From the NCBI GenBank assembly GCA_010405405.1, contig MU004230.1, positions 3,196,627-3,260,626 on the forward strand: a stretch of 64,000 nt of DNA. Direction: 5' to 3'. Position numbers and translations under genes: made by a program. Shown here piece after piece: positions 1-12,815 of the stretch (position 1 is its first letter; each line of letters starts with the position of its first letter). Source of the stretch: Microthyrium microscopicum. Its lineage: Eukaryota. The notes under the pieces were generated by a model. That model was not told where the DNA came from. It worked only from the letters and a program-made list of their open reading frames with translations, and made no database searches.

Positions 1-217
1 CTACTTCACCCCTTTTCCTGCTCGGTTTTGGTACTTGTACACAACATAAAGCTACACAATGTTTAAATATTCTATTTACGTCTACCAACCATCCGAATCC
101 ACAGGGCTCGATTCACCCGTGAGCATTTGGCTCTACTCGTACTGTACCACAGCACGTACCTGATCGAGTTTTGTAACCAACCGCCACAAGCTCTCGTCCG
201 AAGCGTCTTTTCGCGCT

Positions 218-1473
218 TTATAGAGGATTCCGCGGATAGTATCTCTCTTCGTCGAAGGTTGTTTCCGTTTCCCATCCTAAAGCTCTTGCTTGTGCCAACA
301 GATTGTCCCGCTTCTGGATGTGATGCCTGAAACTCCCAGGGAGCCAGAGCTGCGGCAAAAAGACAACACCGGCTAGGTGAGTAAGCTTGATTTGCATCGT
401 ATGGCGAGTCTGATCTGACTGGTTCTTTATCTGGAGTCCATGTAATAGGCCCCAAATATCGGTATGATCAAGCCTATCCTTCAGCCAGTAGCTAACCTTG
501 AGCTTCTGCGCTCGTCGAAATTTCCACATTTCGTTCTTCTTGATCACTAATTGCTTCATCAGTGGGTCATTGTTGTCGTAAACAAGCTCGAGGCTTGTCA
601 GATTAACAAATCTGTTCAGCCAGATAGAGCACTCAAGAAAGGCACGCGGCTCAGAATCTAATTCAGGGTAGCTTGACAGGTGAACTAGATGTCCTTTGAG
701 TCTCTGGTCCTGGCCCAACAGGTGCTTGTATCCCATATGCTGGTAAAGCTCGCCCACAGATATACGGCGCAAGCTTATTGGACCTTCTTTGACACTGAAA
801 AGCACGCCGCGGACGATCCATGGTGCAGATACGACCAGTTTGCGAATATGTCGGTAGTTGGTAGGCCCAATCTTCGCGAGGAAACAATACAGCGCAATCC
901 AGCCACAAGGTGTGACGAAGTTGAAGGTACTGTAACCATAAAACAATGGCACGGCTTCTTCATGGACAGTGCGGCAGGTGCGTAGAAAGCGTAAGATCGG
1001 AATGATTTGCTTCCTAAACTTGCTATGTGCCGTGTTTGTAGCCCACGGACGAACCTTACGACCATTGCCCAGATCGATTGAACCTAGCACGATGGGATCC
1101 GAGAAAACGAGAAGTTGCTCATAAATCAGCATTCTCACGTCGGAATTCAGATCCAGAAAAGCAATCTTGCCAGTGTGTTGAGGCTACAACGAGCTGATCA
1201 GCCTGATGTAGCTTGACGGAAAGACAACTGGCAGGGGCAGGAACTAACCATTCCGATAGTTGCAAGTTGCTCTTCAAAGAGTGCTGGCCATTTTGCATAG
1301 CGTCTTCGAATCGCTCGTTGCTGTGCTAGAAGTTCTGCACAAGGATCTTGTTTTATTGTCGTGGCGACCTGGCGCATCGGGGCGATTTTCTTTGGACTTG
1401 TTCTGTGTTCGAGATCGCCCGACTTCACTGGACTTGGGGGAATCCATGGGGGTCTGCTTCTCGTCTCAGACAT
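218..1473 (-). CDS. Hypothetical protein with F-box-like N-terminal motif (fungal expanded family), 2 exons
   Basis: Exon 1473-1249, intron 1248-1184 (GTTAGT..GCTGAT..TAG), then the 306-aa ORF. The spliced junction reads MPQHTGKIAFLDLNSDVRMLIYEQLL, the FLxLxxEIRxxIY type motif, followed later by FLRTCRTVHEEAVPLFYGYSTFNF. Confidence 0.7.
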
Positions 1474-2124
1474 GATGAAGAGCCAAGTGTTTGGTTGCGT
1501 GGTAGAGAAGCTCAGCTAACAGTTACTGAGCTCATCTTTTACTACAAACATTTAAATTCATCAGAGATTTAGTCTCAAAGTGTGCCAAGCCCTAGCAACG
1601 CTTTCGTAAAGAACAATAGTGGTGAAGGCAGTCACGACTGTAACCGCTGAGCAACCTGGGTAAGCACCAACGACCGGGTAGGCACCCTTTGGTCATCATG
1701 ATAACGTCGTTTCTCTTTTTACTCGTGAAACGTTCAACACCAGAGTAGGCTACATTATCATCGCTTTAGGGGCCAAGAAATCTCCTAAATCCAAAAAGGT
1801 TGAAATCCCACCATAAGGCTGAAATAGGGCTGGCGACTTTGGCTTGAGGGGAGGGGCAACAGTAAACTTCGGATAAGTTTAGTTAAATGCTACGTCAATA
1901 CATCAGATGGTATGCGCTTTCCATCTTTACCATAGATCTTCATGACATAGGCTTACAAGACAATTACTAATACATAGCCCCCCAAATCCCATGACGATTG
2001 ATTCAATTGCCTCCGGGTTCAGCTTCCCTACTTGCTCTATGTAAATACACAGTCGTGCCCAAGTTTCTTAACTAGACTCTACTAGACTTCTCTCATATTA
2101 TCAAATCAGCGCCACGAAGAAATC

Positions 2125-3273
2125 ATGACGAACCAGGCAGCATGGATCAAGGAAAAGCAAGGAAAGCCACTGGTCATTGACGAGGCCGATATGTACAAGC
2201 CGGGCGCTGGTGAAGTCCTCATAAGAAATCACGCCGTGTCCATTAATCCCGTCGACTGGGTAATGCAGGATCATGCCTTCTTCCCAATGTCTTACCCAAA
2301 CATCCTCGGGTGCGATATTGCAGGCGAGATCGTCGAGGTCGGACCAGAAGTCACTGATTTCAAGAAAGGAGATAGAGTCATAAGGTATTGAGTGAATCCT
2401 CACCAGAGAACGATATATGCCTTCGAGGCGGTACTCACACTTCACACAGTCATGCTATAAACCTCGTCACTGGATCACCCTCCCATGGCGCATTTCAGCA
2501 GTATGTCATCGGCCAGGGCAATGTAACCGCCATCATCCCCGACAATCTAGCCTACGAACAAGCCGTTGTGCTTCCCCTGGCCATCTCGACGGCAGCCTGT
2601 GGTCTCTATCAATCCCACCATCTCGCTTTGCCTCTACCAAGTATAGGCGCTGCGCGTCTGGGCAAGACACTCCTTGTCTGGGGCGCCGCATCCTCTGTCG
2701 GTTCTGTCGCCGTACAGCTGGCCAATGCTTCCGGTTTCGACGTCGTAGCGACCGCGTCCGCAAAGAACATTGAGTATGTCAAGAGCTTGGGTGCCAAGGT
2801 CGTATTGGACTACAACAGTAGCAGTGTCGAGGACGACGTTGTGAAAGCCTTGCAAGACGGCGAGTTTGCGGGCGTCTTTGAGGCTGTTGCGAAGCCGGAG
2901 ACGCTCAAGGTCAGTTTGAAGGCAGCGTCTCGCGTTGGTGGAGGGAGATTGGCGCCTGTGCTTCAGGTGCCTGAGGAGTTGTTGCCAGCAAATATCAAGA
3001 AGGCGCCGGAGTTTAGTAAGTGTCATTCTGAGGTTGTGGTGTGAACTCTTAGCTGACCTCAAATGCCTAGTCTTTGCAGCTAGCTTGTACAAGGAGAGCC
3101 CTGAGGTTGCGAAAGCCGTGTGGGGTGAATATCTGCCAGCTGCGCTTGCGGATGGCAGCTTTCTGGCTAAGCCGGATCCCATTGTGGTGGGTACGGGATT
3201 GGAGAAGATTCAGGATGGCTTTGAGCGTCATAAGCAGGGCGTTTCGGCGGCAAAGGTCGTTGTTAAGCTGTAG
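2125..3273 (+). CDS. Medium-chain dehydrogenase/reductase (zinc-type ADH-like / enoyl-reductase-like, CipB-type), 3 exons
   Basis: Introns 2385-2449 and 3016-3070 join three ORFs. Motifs: NHAVSINPVDW, YPNILGCDIAGEIVEVG, Rossmann-like LVWGAASSVG, and C-terminal GVSAAKVVVKL. Confidence 0.9.
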
Positions 3274-3582
3274 ACATAAGTACGCGGCAATGATACTTCC
3301 TCGGCCAGCAAAGCCACCGCTCATGCTACCGCCTCTAGTAGCGGGGTTTTGTTAGTAGTACATTTAATAAAGGATTCGATCACCTTTCATGGGCTGCGCG
3401 AAGCACGCCCAATCAACGAGCAATCTTGATGAAAATGCATTGTTAATTCCATTTCAGTCGTACTGCCGGACTTTTTAATGCTAAAAAATGCCACAACGCT
3501 CATATCAGCCAACCTGCAATGCACCCCAACAACAAATATACACATCATTGAGTTCCCATCATCTACCTATCTCACCAAATTC

Positions 3583-4269
3583 TCAGTCTGTCATGTTGAC
3601 ATCCTCCCTAACCTCCAAGCAATCCAAACACACAACTCGTCCCTCTGCTCCCTCCTCGACGCAGCATTTACTACATATGGTCTTCTCCCCACAAGGCCCT
3701 TCCTCACAAAATCGTATACATATGAAACAACAGCGTTCATCGCACCGCTGACAGTCAGAGTACCCTGGCAGATGTTGTTTGAGACGCGGTGCCCGGTGGC
3801 ATATGTGGCACGCGTCTAGTAGGCTCTTCTTCTTCTCGCCTGCCTCCAGGCGCGGCGAGGAACTGCTGCTCGCTGCTGGCGAGTTCTGGCTATTTGATGG
3901 ATGACATTGCCCATCCCCATCGCTGCCGCGTTCGCGCAATGGCCGGCGCGCCCGCGCAATACTCCGTTGAGTCGGTGGACTATGCGTAAAGCGGTCGGAC
4001 GGGAGACCGATACGTGGGTATATTTGCAGAGCTGGGTCGTCGGAGAGGAGATGTGCATAAGGGTCGTGCTTGTGCTTTTCGTGGAGGGATTTGGAAGGTT
4101 GTGGATCGACTTGTTTGATAGGCAGAAGTTTGTGTCTAAGCATACGATTAGTACATGTTGGGATTCTATATAGATGTGGAGTGTACATTTTTAGTGGCGA
4201 GGAGGTTAGGTCTTCGACGCGTTTGCGTTTGCCTAGAGCGCCGCAGTGATCGCTGTGGATGCCTTCCAT
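3583..4269 (-). CDS. Hypothetical protein with Cys-rich C-terminal (putative zinc-binding) domain
   Basis: 228-aa ORF with an LGKRKR NLS-like start and several CxxC pairs (CHIC, CQRC, CFIC, CSKC, CLDC). Probable stop-free 51-nt intron at 4186-4136 (GTACAC..ACTAAT..TAG). Confidence 0.75.
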   Translation of the reverse strand: MEGIHSDHCGALGKRKRVEDLTSSPLKMYTPHLYRIPTCTNRMLRHKLLPIKQVDPQPSKSLHEKHKHDPYAHLLSDDPALQIYPRIGLPSDRFTHSPPTQRSIARARRPLRERGSDGDGQCHPSNSQNSPAASSSSSPRLEAGEKKKSLLDACHICHRAPRLKQHLPGYSDCQRCDERCCFICIRFCEEGPCGEKTICSKCCVEEGAEGRVVCLDCLEVREDVNMTD

Positions 4270-5531
4270 GGCTTGTTTATTGTTCGAGTGCTTGAAAATG
4301 TAGTAGAGTGGTGCAGACGATGTGGCGGCCTTGTAGGTGCCGTGTCATATTACGGAGCACGACATGAAGGTAACAAAGGGTAGAGGAGCTGGGCACAGGT
4401 GTCTGAGGCTCTGAAAGGGTGTTGGAGCGTGACAAATGGGAATATGGTTGTTGTTGCGATCAATGTTGTCGTTCAGGGGTCAAAGCGCTTGGTGTTGCAA
4501 TTTAGCGCTTGTTGCTTTTTCAGCCTTGTCTTCAGCCTTATACCGTGTTTTCTTGCTTGTGCAACCTTAGTTCTTACTGTAAGTAGAAATACATCTCGAC
4601 ATGCTGTGTGTGATCCTGAGATGGTGAATATGCGCTCAATTCTCTAGAGTGTAATGAACTTAAACAACTCCGGAGGAACAAGTGAGCAGCCACGATACCT
4701 AACTCTGTTGCCACTTTCTGAGACAGAGCCTCAGAGGTGGCAAATTTATTAAGCATGTAGCATATTTGAGTAGTCTTGAGCCATGGTCCACTGTACTAGA
4801 AAATTCACATGGTAGATATCTTGCAACTTACGCCATTCAAATTTACGCCACTGCTATTACATCTAAGATCGTCAGACATGCAGTCTCGAAATAGCGAGTA
4901 ACTCAAGAATTACCAAAAAGACTAATAGCTCAGCCACACTATGCTTCAAATGGTGAAAGCTTCCATTGAGATCCCGCTGATAGGTTTACTAGGATCTCCA
5001 AGTTCTGTTGCCCTTTCCGCGGAACCGCAGCATGTACAAATTATCCCTTCATGACAAACTTACCTGTACGCAAGCAGGGAAATCTAAGACAGTATAGAAG
5101 CTCAATCTGCTTCTGGAATTCCAACACGTGCTTGCCGCTTTAACGATCCCAGGCGATCTCATGATGCTGACTTATCTCGGTTTATGGAGCGAAGTAATCA
5201 ATTCCAGGTATCGTAGATCGGGGCACTAGCCAGGTAGCAATATGCGAACATGAATCCCCACATCCTCGTTACGAGCCAAGGACCCTCGAAATGAGCTCTA
5301 AAAGTTAGCAAGTAACGTACATGACTACAAGTGGTCAAGGCCACCTCACATTATGGTAAACAGAAGCAGAATGAAAGTGTGAGTCTTTTATTGGGGGGTT
5401 TGTATCAAAGAGGGCGGGTATATACTGCATGCCAGCAGAAACGCCTGCCTCGTAGGCTCAAAGGGGTATCAAAAAATTCATAGCCAGTTTACGCCGCATT
5501 ACGGTAATGCAAAGTCGTCGTTGCCGTCCTC

Positions 5532-6169
5532 CTATTCAAGCTGTTCTCGTTCAAACCTTTCTAGTCGTCCTTTTCGGCCCAGCCACTTTGCATATCCAAA
5601 CAATCGCACGCAAAGAAGCGTCTGAGTAGCAAAGTGAAGTGTCATGAGGCAGAGAAGAACGACTTCCAAGGACCACATCCACACTAAGCAGCTCCCTTCA
5701 CTCCATGCTGGTGATGATAGTGTCTTCAATTTATCTTGCAGCTTGTGTTGGATGGCTGCTGACGTTTCTGGGTGATCTCCCAACGGATCCGGGAACTTGC
5801 CATTGGAGCATATCAGCTGGGGGAGAGAGAAGCTGTATCGGACCAGAAGAATTCGTGGGATGAAAAAAATGATGCTGTCGAGGAGAAGATGAGCCGCAAA
5901 TACTGTTATTAAAGGTGCACTTCGCTGGAAAAGACGTTAGTATTGCTCAATATTGCAGTGACCGGCGGGCTTACTTTGATAGCTCCGACAAAGCCAAGTA
6001 CGCTAACCAGCAAGAAGAAGATAACATAGGCAGTTAGACTGGCGCGAATGTGAAGAGGATCCTCTGGTAAATAACGTAGAGCGTAAATGGCGACCAGTGA
6101 GAAAAGAGAGACGAATGTGGAAACGGTCAGCAGTAGGCGACGAATACTAATCTCTGATTCTCGCAACAT
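5532..6169 (-). CDS. Hypothetical multi-pass membrane protein, 2 exons
   Basis: ORF 6169-5909 is joined by a GTAAGC..CTAAC..CAG intron (about 5975-5925) to the frame ending at 5532. The product has about four hydrophobic segments. Confidence 0.7.
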
Positions 6170-9100
6170 TTTCGTCAGATTGCCTCAAAGCGGGGTTATG
6201 AGCTGAAGTCGATGTTTGAAAAGTCAAAGAGCTCAAACAAAATAGCCCTTCTTAGTCGAGATATGATAAGGGTGGACGACAATACGTCGAGGCAGGTTGG
6301 TGTCTTGGTGTTCTCTAAGATATCGTGATGCGTGAGGTTGAGGAGTTGAGCAAGGATGACAGGTTGGTAGGCAAAAAAAATAAATGCAGTACCCCAAATC
6401 CAACCGCAGCCTTAAGGTTGTGTACTCCAGAGTGAAGCAATAACGGGAGGTACCAGGCAGAAATGGATGACCTTGTGCTACTCCGCGACACTTGGACACT
6501 GCAACTCTGCAGGGAGACGAGTGTGGAGGATGCGACGAGTGTGAGATGTAAGTTGGGGAGGATGCGATATTGAGCACGGCTGTATAACCAGGAACAGGGA
6601 TATACGACCACTTTAATAGCACTCACGATGCGATTGAGCAATGTGTTAGGACCTGCAATGAGAGGGTATATGGAAGGGCGCAATTAGAAGAAGAAGAGCG
6701 AGATGCTTGGACAACCATGGGTCTCGTGCTCCTCGATGCCAGATGCCATAGTCAATCAAGCTCTCGAAAAGTTCATCATTATGTTGAAGAAACAGAGCCG
6801 CACAATTCTGAAGAAAAGAGCAGCAGAATCTGGTGACAATGGGAGAATGCAACGGCCCCTGGCATCAATGACTTTCAAGTTCCGGCGGATCCGAACTCAA
6901 CTGCCCTAAAGGCTAAACATGACAAAGCGGAGGTACCTCCTGCCACCAAATATATACTTCACAGTATAGGTATCTAGTTGCATGAATTTTTATTTGTTTC
7001 ATGTATTAGTTGTGCAGCTTAAGGTTTGAGGCTACTACTTTTGCTGCGTGGTGGTTTCACAAGACATCCGTGAGAGCAGAAAAGTAGTCTTTATTCTCGA
7101 ATTTGCATGGGCTTGCTCCAAAAATGTGACAATACTGGCAGTAGAAATAGTTACTCGGTTTCTCAGCTTCGATTGGCCTCTAGACTTTTGCCCTTTTCTA
7201 GAAGTGAGAAGCTGATTCCATGTAGACATGCACATAGTTCGTGAGATGAAAGACTCGGTGCTTAGCGCATCAATCTTGTCTAGCAACTCCAGTCGTATCA
7301 GAGATTTAGATTTTCTCAAAAATCACTGAGGAATCCGCTGCTCGATGCCTTTCGGAGGTCTACATCAACAAGTAGCATTCTTGGCAAAACGTGGAGGCCC
7401 GGCCGGCCATGCTAGAACATGTTTCTTCCAAACATTAAGAGCACCTAGAAACCTTACGCGGCGAACCATCTATATATGCCAAGAGAGTGGACTTCTCTAA
7501 TGTCAAACCTTCCCCCAATAGAAATCCGGGGATCTATTACTCGCATTTGCCTTTTCTTCAGCTAAGATTCGCACTAAAAGGTGACCTTACCACGGTATCC
7601 TGTCCATGTCACTGATTTACCCGGTTTGATAGGAAAGAAATATAGAGCCAAGAGTCCAATTTACGCATCAAGCCATGTCTTTCCACGGATTGACGACACC
7701 TTACCATAAAACGTGGTGCCGCGGCGGCTGATACCCGCAATAGAGCGCCAGATAATAGATCATACAGCGCTACATCAGTCACGCTAGTGTCCTACCCTAC
7801 GCTCTGATCAATATCTATAGGATGATATTACTCAGACATGTTACAAATGGAATAGTAACTCAATAACATGCGGCTGAAAACTCCTAACAATAATCGTCAC
7901 TGATCTGCAAGTCACAAGTGGATAATCTTTATATGCTAAAGACCGTCCCTATTGCCCTGACCATTCCGCCAATAAGAATAGCCCTCTTATAGCTGTCATG
8001 GGGAACGGTCCCAGCTCTCTTCCGGACCCTGGAACTTTATATGAGATATAGAGGGATTAGAAGACATGATGCTGAGCTTTCAGAAAAGTTCTGTTGACCT
8101 GGGCGTGCGTGTGTTCATGATTCCAGACGGAAATTAGCAGTCATAAAATCAGCACATCTCAAAACATCCATATTTAAACTCGGATGCGATAGAAGAAATG
8201 ATAAATATTCAGGACAACAAGTTTCACATGCTAGATTGCCCCATCGGAAGAACCGAGCTTCCCATGATTTGGGTAACTCAACCATGTACTCTTTTGTGAT
8301 GACCCTGAATGTCACTGGGTCGAATTTAAGATTGATCGCAAGGCTCGTAGTTCTTCGATTTCTAGAATGGGCTTTGCCATCCACCCGGATCGACAACTAG
8401 ATAAACATGTTATGTTCAATCAAAATTCACTTCCGGTGGGATCCGCCTCGAGTCAAGTTTTTCAGCGAGAACTATATGGTAGATCAAACAAACAAGGATA
8501 ATTAGTCTTCTGCCGTTGGCATTTACCTGGTAGCCATGTGGCGTTGATGGTCCTGATCTTTTGTCTGTTGAATCATTCAAGTATATTTCAACCTGTCACT
8601 GCAAAATAGATAAGTTGAACTGTAGCTTGAGGACAATATCTAAGGATTGTCCTATTCATGAAGCTTGCCAAGAGGAATATATACCCCAGGGTTGCAGCGA
8701 CATCTATTTTATAAACCATGCGGACGAAAGATATAGGTTTCTGCAGCCAAAAGAGTGATAATAAGCCATGCTATTGACTAGGGCCCACATGGCTCACCTA
8801 GAAGACAGCGGGAAATTTACTATAGACAATATAAAGCTTGCATCTGTGAGGATGTCGCGTGTGTTCTGGTCATGGTCCCCGACCCTATAACTGACAACCA
8901 TGTTCATTGCCATCAATCTACACATGGGGCAATGGTCTAGCTGTTGGAGTCAGTACCAACTGGCAGCGGTACTAAACGGCTAGATTGTTTCGGATATCAC
9001 AATCGCAATATAAAATTTCCGTATTCGGCAGCAATCCTCAACATTATCCTCCTGAAGCAAAATAGCCTTTGCAATGTTGGTCCGTTCTAACCTCAGCTAG

Positions 9101-9518
9101 CCCCATCATCCATGGGCGGAATCATCCGCATACAAAGGTAACTTTTATACAAATTTGCTTGCTACAATACACGAGTCACACCAATTCCCTCTGTTAGCCT
9201 TCACTCGTGCTTCTTTCTTCTCTAATGAGACTCGCTGACCGAATCCACTCAATCTGATAGACCTGCGCTCGGTTCACATCATCTGTGGGGTAACAGCAGC
9301 ACTATTTTCCTTGGTGTACTAGGTGTGCCCATTAGAGATCGCTATTACATTGTGGCAATTTCGATATGAGCCTGAATCCCGCACGGATATTACTTACATA
9401 GTTGTCTTCCCTCAACCTCTGCGTCTCTGCGGCCCTTAGTCTACTTGGTTCCAAAAAGCGACTCATCGTCTTCAACAACACCTCGCAAGCAGACGACAAA
9501 CTCACCCAACCTGACGCC

Positions 9519-10648
9519 ATGGAAGGAAACGTCGGCGCCTCGTCGCTTATGGAAGCGTTGAGATGTCTTCGGGGTGATTTCGAGGAAAGAAAAGCATGCC
9601 GTGCCGCATGTACCGTGGACAATTGTCCGCTTGTTCTTTCGTACTGGGGATACCGCCCAAATGTACCCGTCAATATGGCTTTTGCTATAATGATGGGCGT
9701 CGTCATGATAATAGTACTGGTTCAAGGCATATGGACGCGGCGTTTTAAAAAGTACACAGCCATGATGTTCATCGGTTCAGTCATGGAAATTTTGGGTTTT
9801 GTGGCGAGAATATACGCTTACAGCTACCCCTTCTCAGATGTCAGTATAGTACCAAAACGTATTGAGACCAGGAAACTAACAAGGTATAGCTCTCATTCAT
9901 TACACAATTAACAACACTCACACTCGCTCCTGCGTTCTACGCCGCAGCTATTTACTTCTCCCTCGCTCGCATTGTCGTTACCTTTGGAGCCGAAAACTCT
10001 CGCATCCAACCCAAATTCATTCCCCGAATCTTCATTACCTGCGACGTGGTATCTCTCATTCTCCAAGGTGGTGGTGGTGCCTACGCAGCTTATCTTGCTC
10101 AGCGAGAAAAAATGCCCGATAATGGCAACTACACCATGATAGGAGGTCTATCCTTCCAAGCACTCACTCTTCTCGTATTCCTTAGTCTTGGTGCAGACTT
10201 TGGAATTCGAACCATAAAAGCATACAAGAACGGCGGCACTATGAACGAGAATCCTGAAGCCCGCCGCCTTCGCAGTTCCAAACGATTCCGCGCTATGCTA
10301 GCGTCGCTCACACTAGCAGCCATCCTCATCTTCATGCGGTCCATTTACCGTGTAGCTGAGCTGTCTGAAGGCTGGAAGGGCGATCTCATGTCAACAGAAA
10401 GCTTCGTCATCTGGCTTGAATCCGTACCCGTTGCGATATCCGGCTTCCTACTGGCAATCTTCCACCCAGCCACCTGCTTCCCCGAAAGTACAGACAGGGA
10501 GCCAGAAAGCTATGAAATCCCCGACACACCTCCGTCCGTTTCTGCAGCAAGCCACGGATCAGTGACGGATGCGGAGAAGTACAACAGCAAATATGGCAAT
10601 GTGACAGTCACATATGATCCCACATTTGATCGTAAGCAGTGGCGGTAA
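9519..10648 (+). CDS. RTA1/RSB1-family lipid-translocating exporter-like membrane protein, 2 exons
   Basis: Intron 9840-9889. Motifs: CTVDNCP..SYWGYRPN, TLAPAFYAAAIY, FITCDVVSLILQGGGG, RSIYRVAELSEGW, FHP. The first in-frame ATG (9519) is taken as the start. Confidence 0.88.
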
Positions 10649-11390
10649 CAATTTTCAGAAGAGCGGATCTAAAACATAGCACTTATTACATTTGGCCCTC
10701 ACCAGGCAAAACCAGCAAATCCATGGAAGAGACCAATTCTGACCTCTGGATGGCGAGGACTTAGAAAGTGGTAGGATGGGAAACCAAGGATTTTCACAAG
10801 CATGGGTAAAGCGAATGGAGGCGTTCTTTGATGGGTCATCAATGTATATAAAGAATCCATCGTTTCGAACACCATTCTACTTACTATGGTAGATTCAAAC
10901 ACCTTTGAAAAAGCGACAGTAAAGTTATGCGTGGCGTCCGACTATTCGTTGTGTCGACAAAATGCAAGTCCGGACATCCTGGGGAACGAACATGCTGTCT
11001 TCAGATACAAAGTGCTTTGGACCTTGCTCTTCATGGATGAAATGTGTGAGCCTGTGAGCCGTTTCGACGACTGTTCCCGTCGATGACAATGGCTGCCATA
11101 ATACTTCCCAAAGAGCCACAGCTTTGATTCCCATCAGCGTCGTAAAATTTGTATCAGATCTTTGAATACCATGGAATTAAAGCAGTCGCTCTTTAAGAAG
11201 GATTATGGCAGCCATCGTAATCGATGGGGACTCCACCAAGACGGCTCACTCGTTTTGTCCCTGAGAGCTTGTTGTGATTACTTTGATCTGTTGTATTTTC
11301 TATACATACTGGAAAGTGTTACCAAGTTCGTCCGTTACTATTGAAGTTGATCTACATTATACCTACCTAGGTAGGTAGGTAGGTAGTGAT

Positions 11391-12288
11391 TTAGAACCAG
11401 ATTTGAGCACCACTAAACCACTCAGATTCGAGAGGTGGCGGCCTATGGTTGAGCAGTAAAGACTGCAAATGCCCATTGTTTCTATCCCCGGCATGTGCCA
11501 TCATATCAGTCCAGAATTGTGGAAATTCTTGAAATAGACCATGGCAGTGATCTATGACTGAGGATCTTTGTTTTTCAAGCACGGTGACAACAATGTCTCG
11601 CAATCGTTTGTCGCTTTCTGGTATATCATCATAGATGATCTCTATCACATGGCCAATTCCCTCGTCTTGTGGGTTCATCCTGAAGGCACCGTGAAACTTC
11701 TCTGCTGCTCTCAGCTTCAGCGATTCTACCTCCGCGGTGTCCGCCACAGCAAACATCCAGGCGTGAAGGATAACTTCATTTGTCAGAAGCTGGACACCTG
11801 CATCGTCTGTTTCAAATTCAAGCTCGTTTACTTGTCTTAAAGCTATCGTAAATGTTAGCAAAAATCTGTCATCCACCGGGGCACTGTGAACTTACTGTCC
11901 ATGGATGGCACATTATAATCAAGGGAATAGAAGTAGTGAATGAGGAGCTTGGTCAGGGCAACATGAATTGGCTTGACATCTTCACCTTCACCGTACCCAA
12001 GACGAATTGCCCACAAATGACTGGACGACCTAGCAAAAAAGCCTGACTGAGGGCATAGAATTGCTCGATGAACCTTGAATAGTTCCTTGCCGCATTTGAT
12101 TTCAAAGTCGTGATATTTTGCAGTTCTGTACAGTCTTAAAGTTTATTAGCTTTAAAAAGAGTTTCTTGTAGCTCTGGAACATACTCTAGATTGTTTTCTA
12201 TGTGGATTTTGAGGGATGGACATGGTACATCTATGCCGCCCAATCCACGAGGCGTATTAAAGTAAGAGTGGTGCCCGTTTTGGGCCAT
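11391..12288 (-). CDS. BTB/POZ-domain protein, 3 exons
   Basis: The middle exon (absent from the ORF track) reads TAKYHDFEIKCGKELFKVHRAILCPQSGFFA..LLIHYFYSLDY. The last exon has HAWMFAVAD..LKLRAAEKF. Introns start GTATGT (about 12184) and GTAAGT (11895-11843). Confidence 0.75.
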
Positions 12289-12815
12289 CCTGTGGGAGCA
12301 CTTTGTCTGGAGGGCTGCTTGCTTGGACGAAATCACATTTTACCTGGTAGCGGCGACATGATATCTAGCTCTCCACTCAGCAAAATGTTCGTTTGAACGG
12401 AACGCTGCTGAGAAGTACTACAGGTTTAATCTCAATAGTTAACTTGTTGGGTGAACACTAGTTCGGAACCAATGACTGACCGACTGTCTAGTCGAACATG
12501 ACGAGAACCTTTAGAAATTAGCGGCGAGAGTTTTAGGTTTATGTAAATTAGTTTGTGAATGGAATACCGGCTCACTTGACATGTCGCTCTCCTGCCCGTC
12601 CCATAAAACACTGCAAGGCTGAGCTGCTTGGTGATTGGCTACTGATCGAGCCAATCAAACCTAGGACTAAAAGATAGCTCTCGATGTCCAAAAAATTACT
12701 TTGATCGATAAGATTTTCGTAAATCTTGGCAACCTCAACTCCAAAAACTTTCAGTCCACCATCACAATCGCAAGCCCGCACCACGAATGTGAAAGAAGAG
12801 AAGGAGAACATCATC

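Noticed and set aside
3262..3273. C-terminal VKL of the dehydrogenase as a peroxisomal signal
   Set aside because: Non-canonical PTS1, and this family normally ends in a VVxL strand.
5015..5024. PDRE-like palindrome TTCCGCGGAA as a regulator of the RTA1 gene
   Set aside because: It is 4.5 kb away with another gene in between, and a single 8-10-mer is expected by chance.
6233..9400. Scattered 60-130 aa ORFs in the long intergenic region before RTA1
   Set aside because: Many have non-ATG starts. There are no motifs and no consistent splice model, so the region is treated as regulatory DNA.
11360..11386. TACCTACCTAGGTAGGTA palindrome plus (GGTA)n
   Set aside because: A common fungal simple-repeat pattern with no evidence of function.
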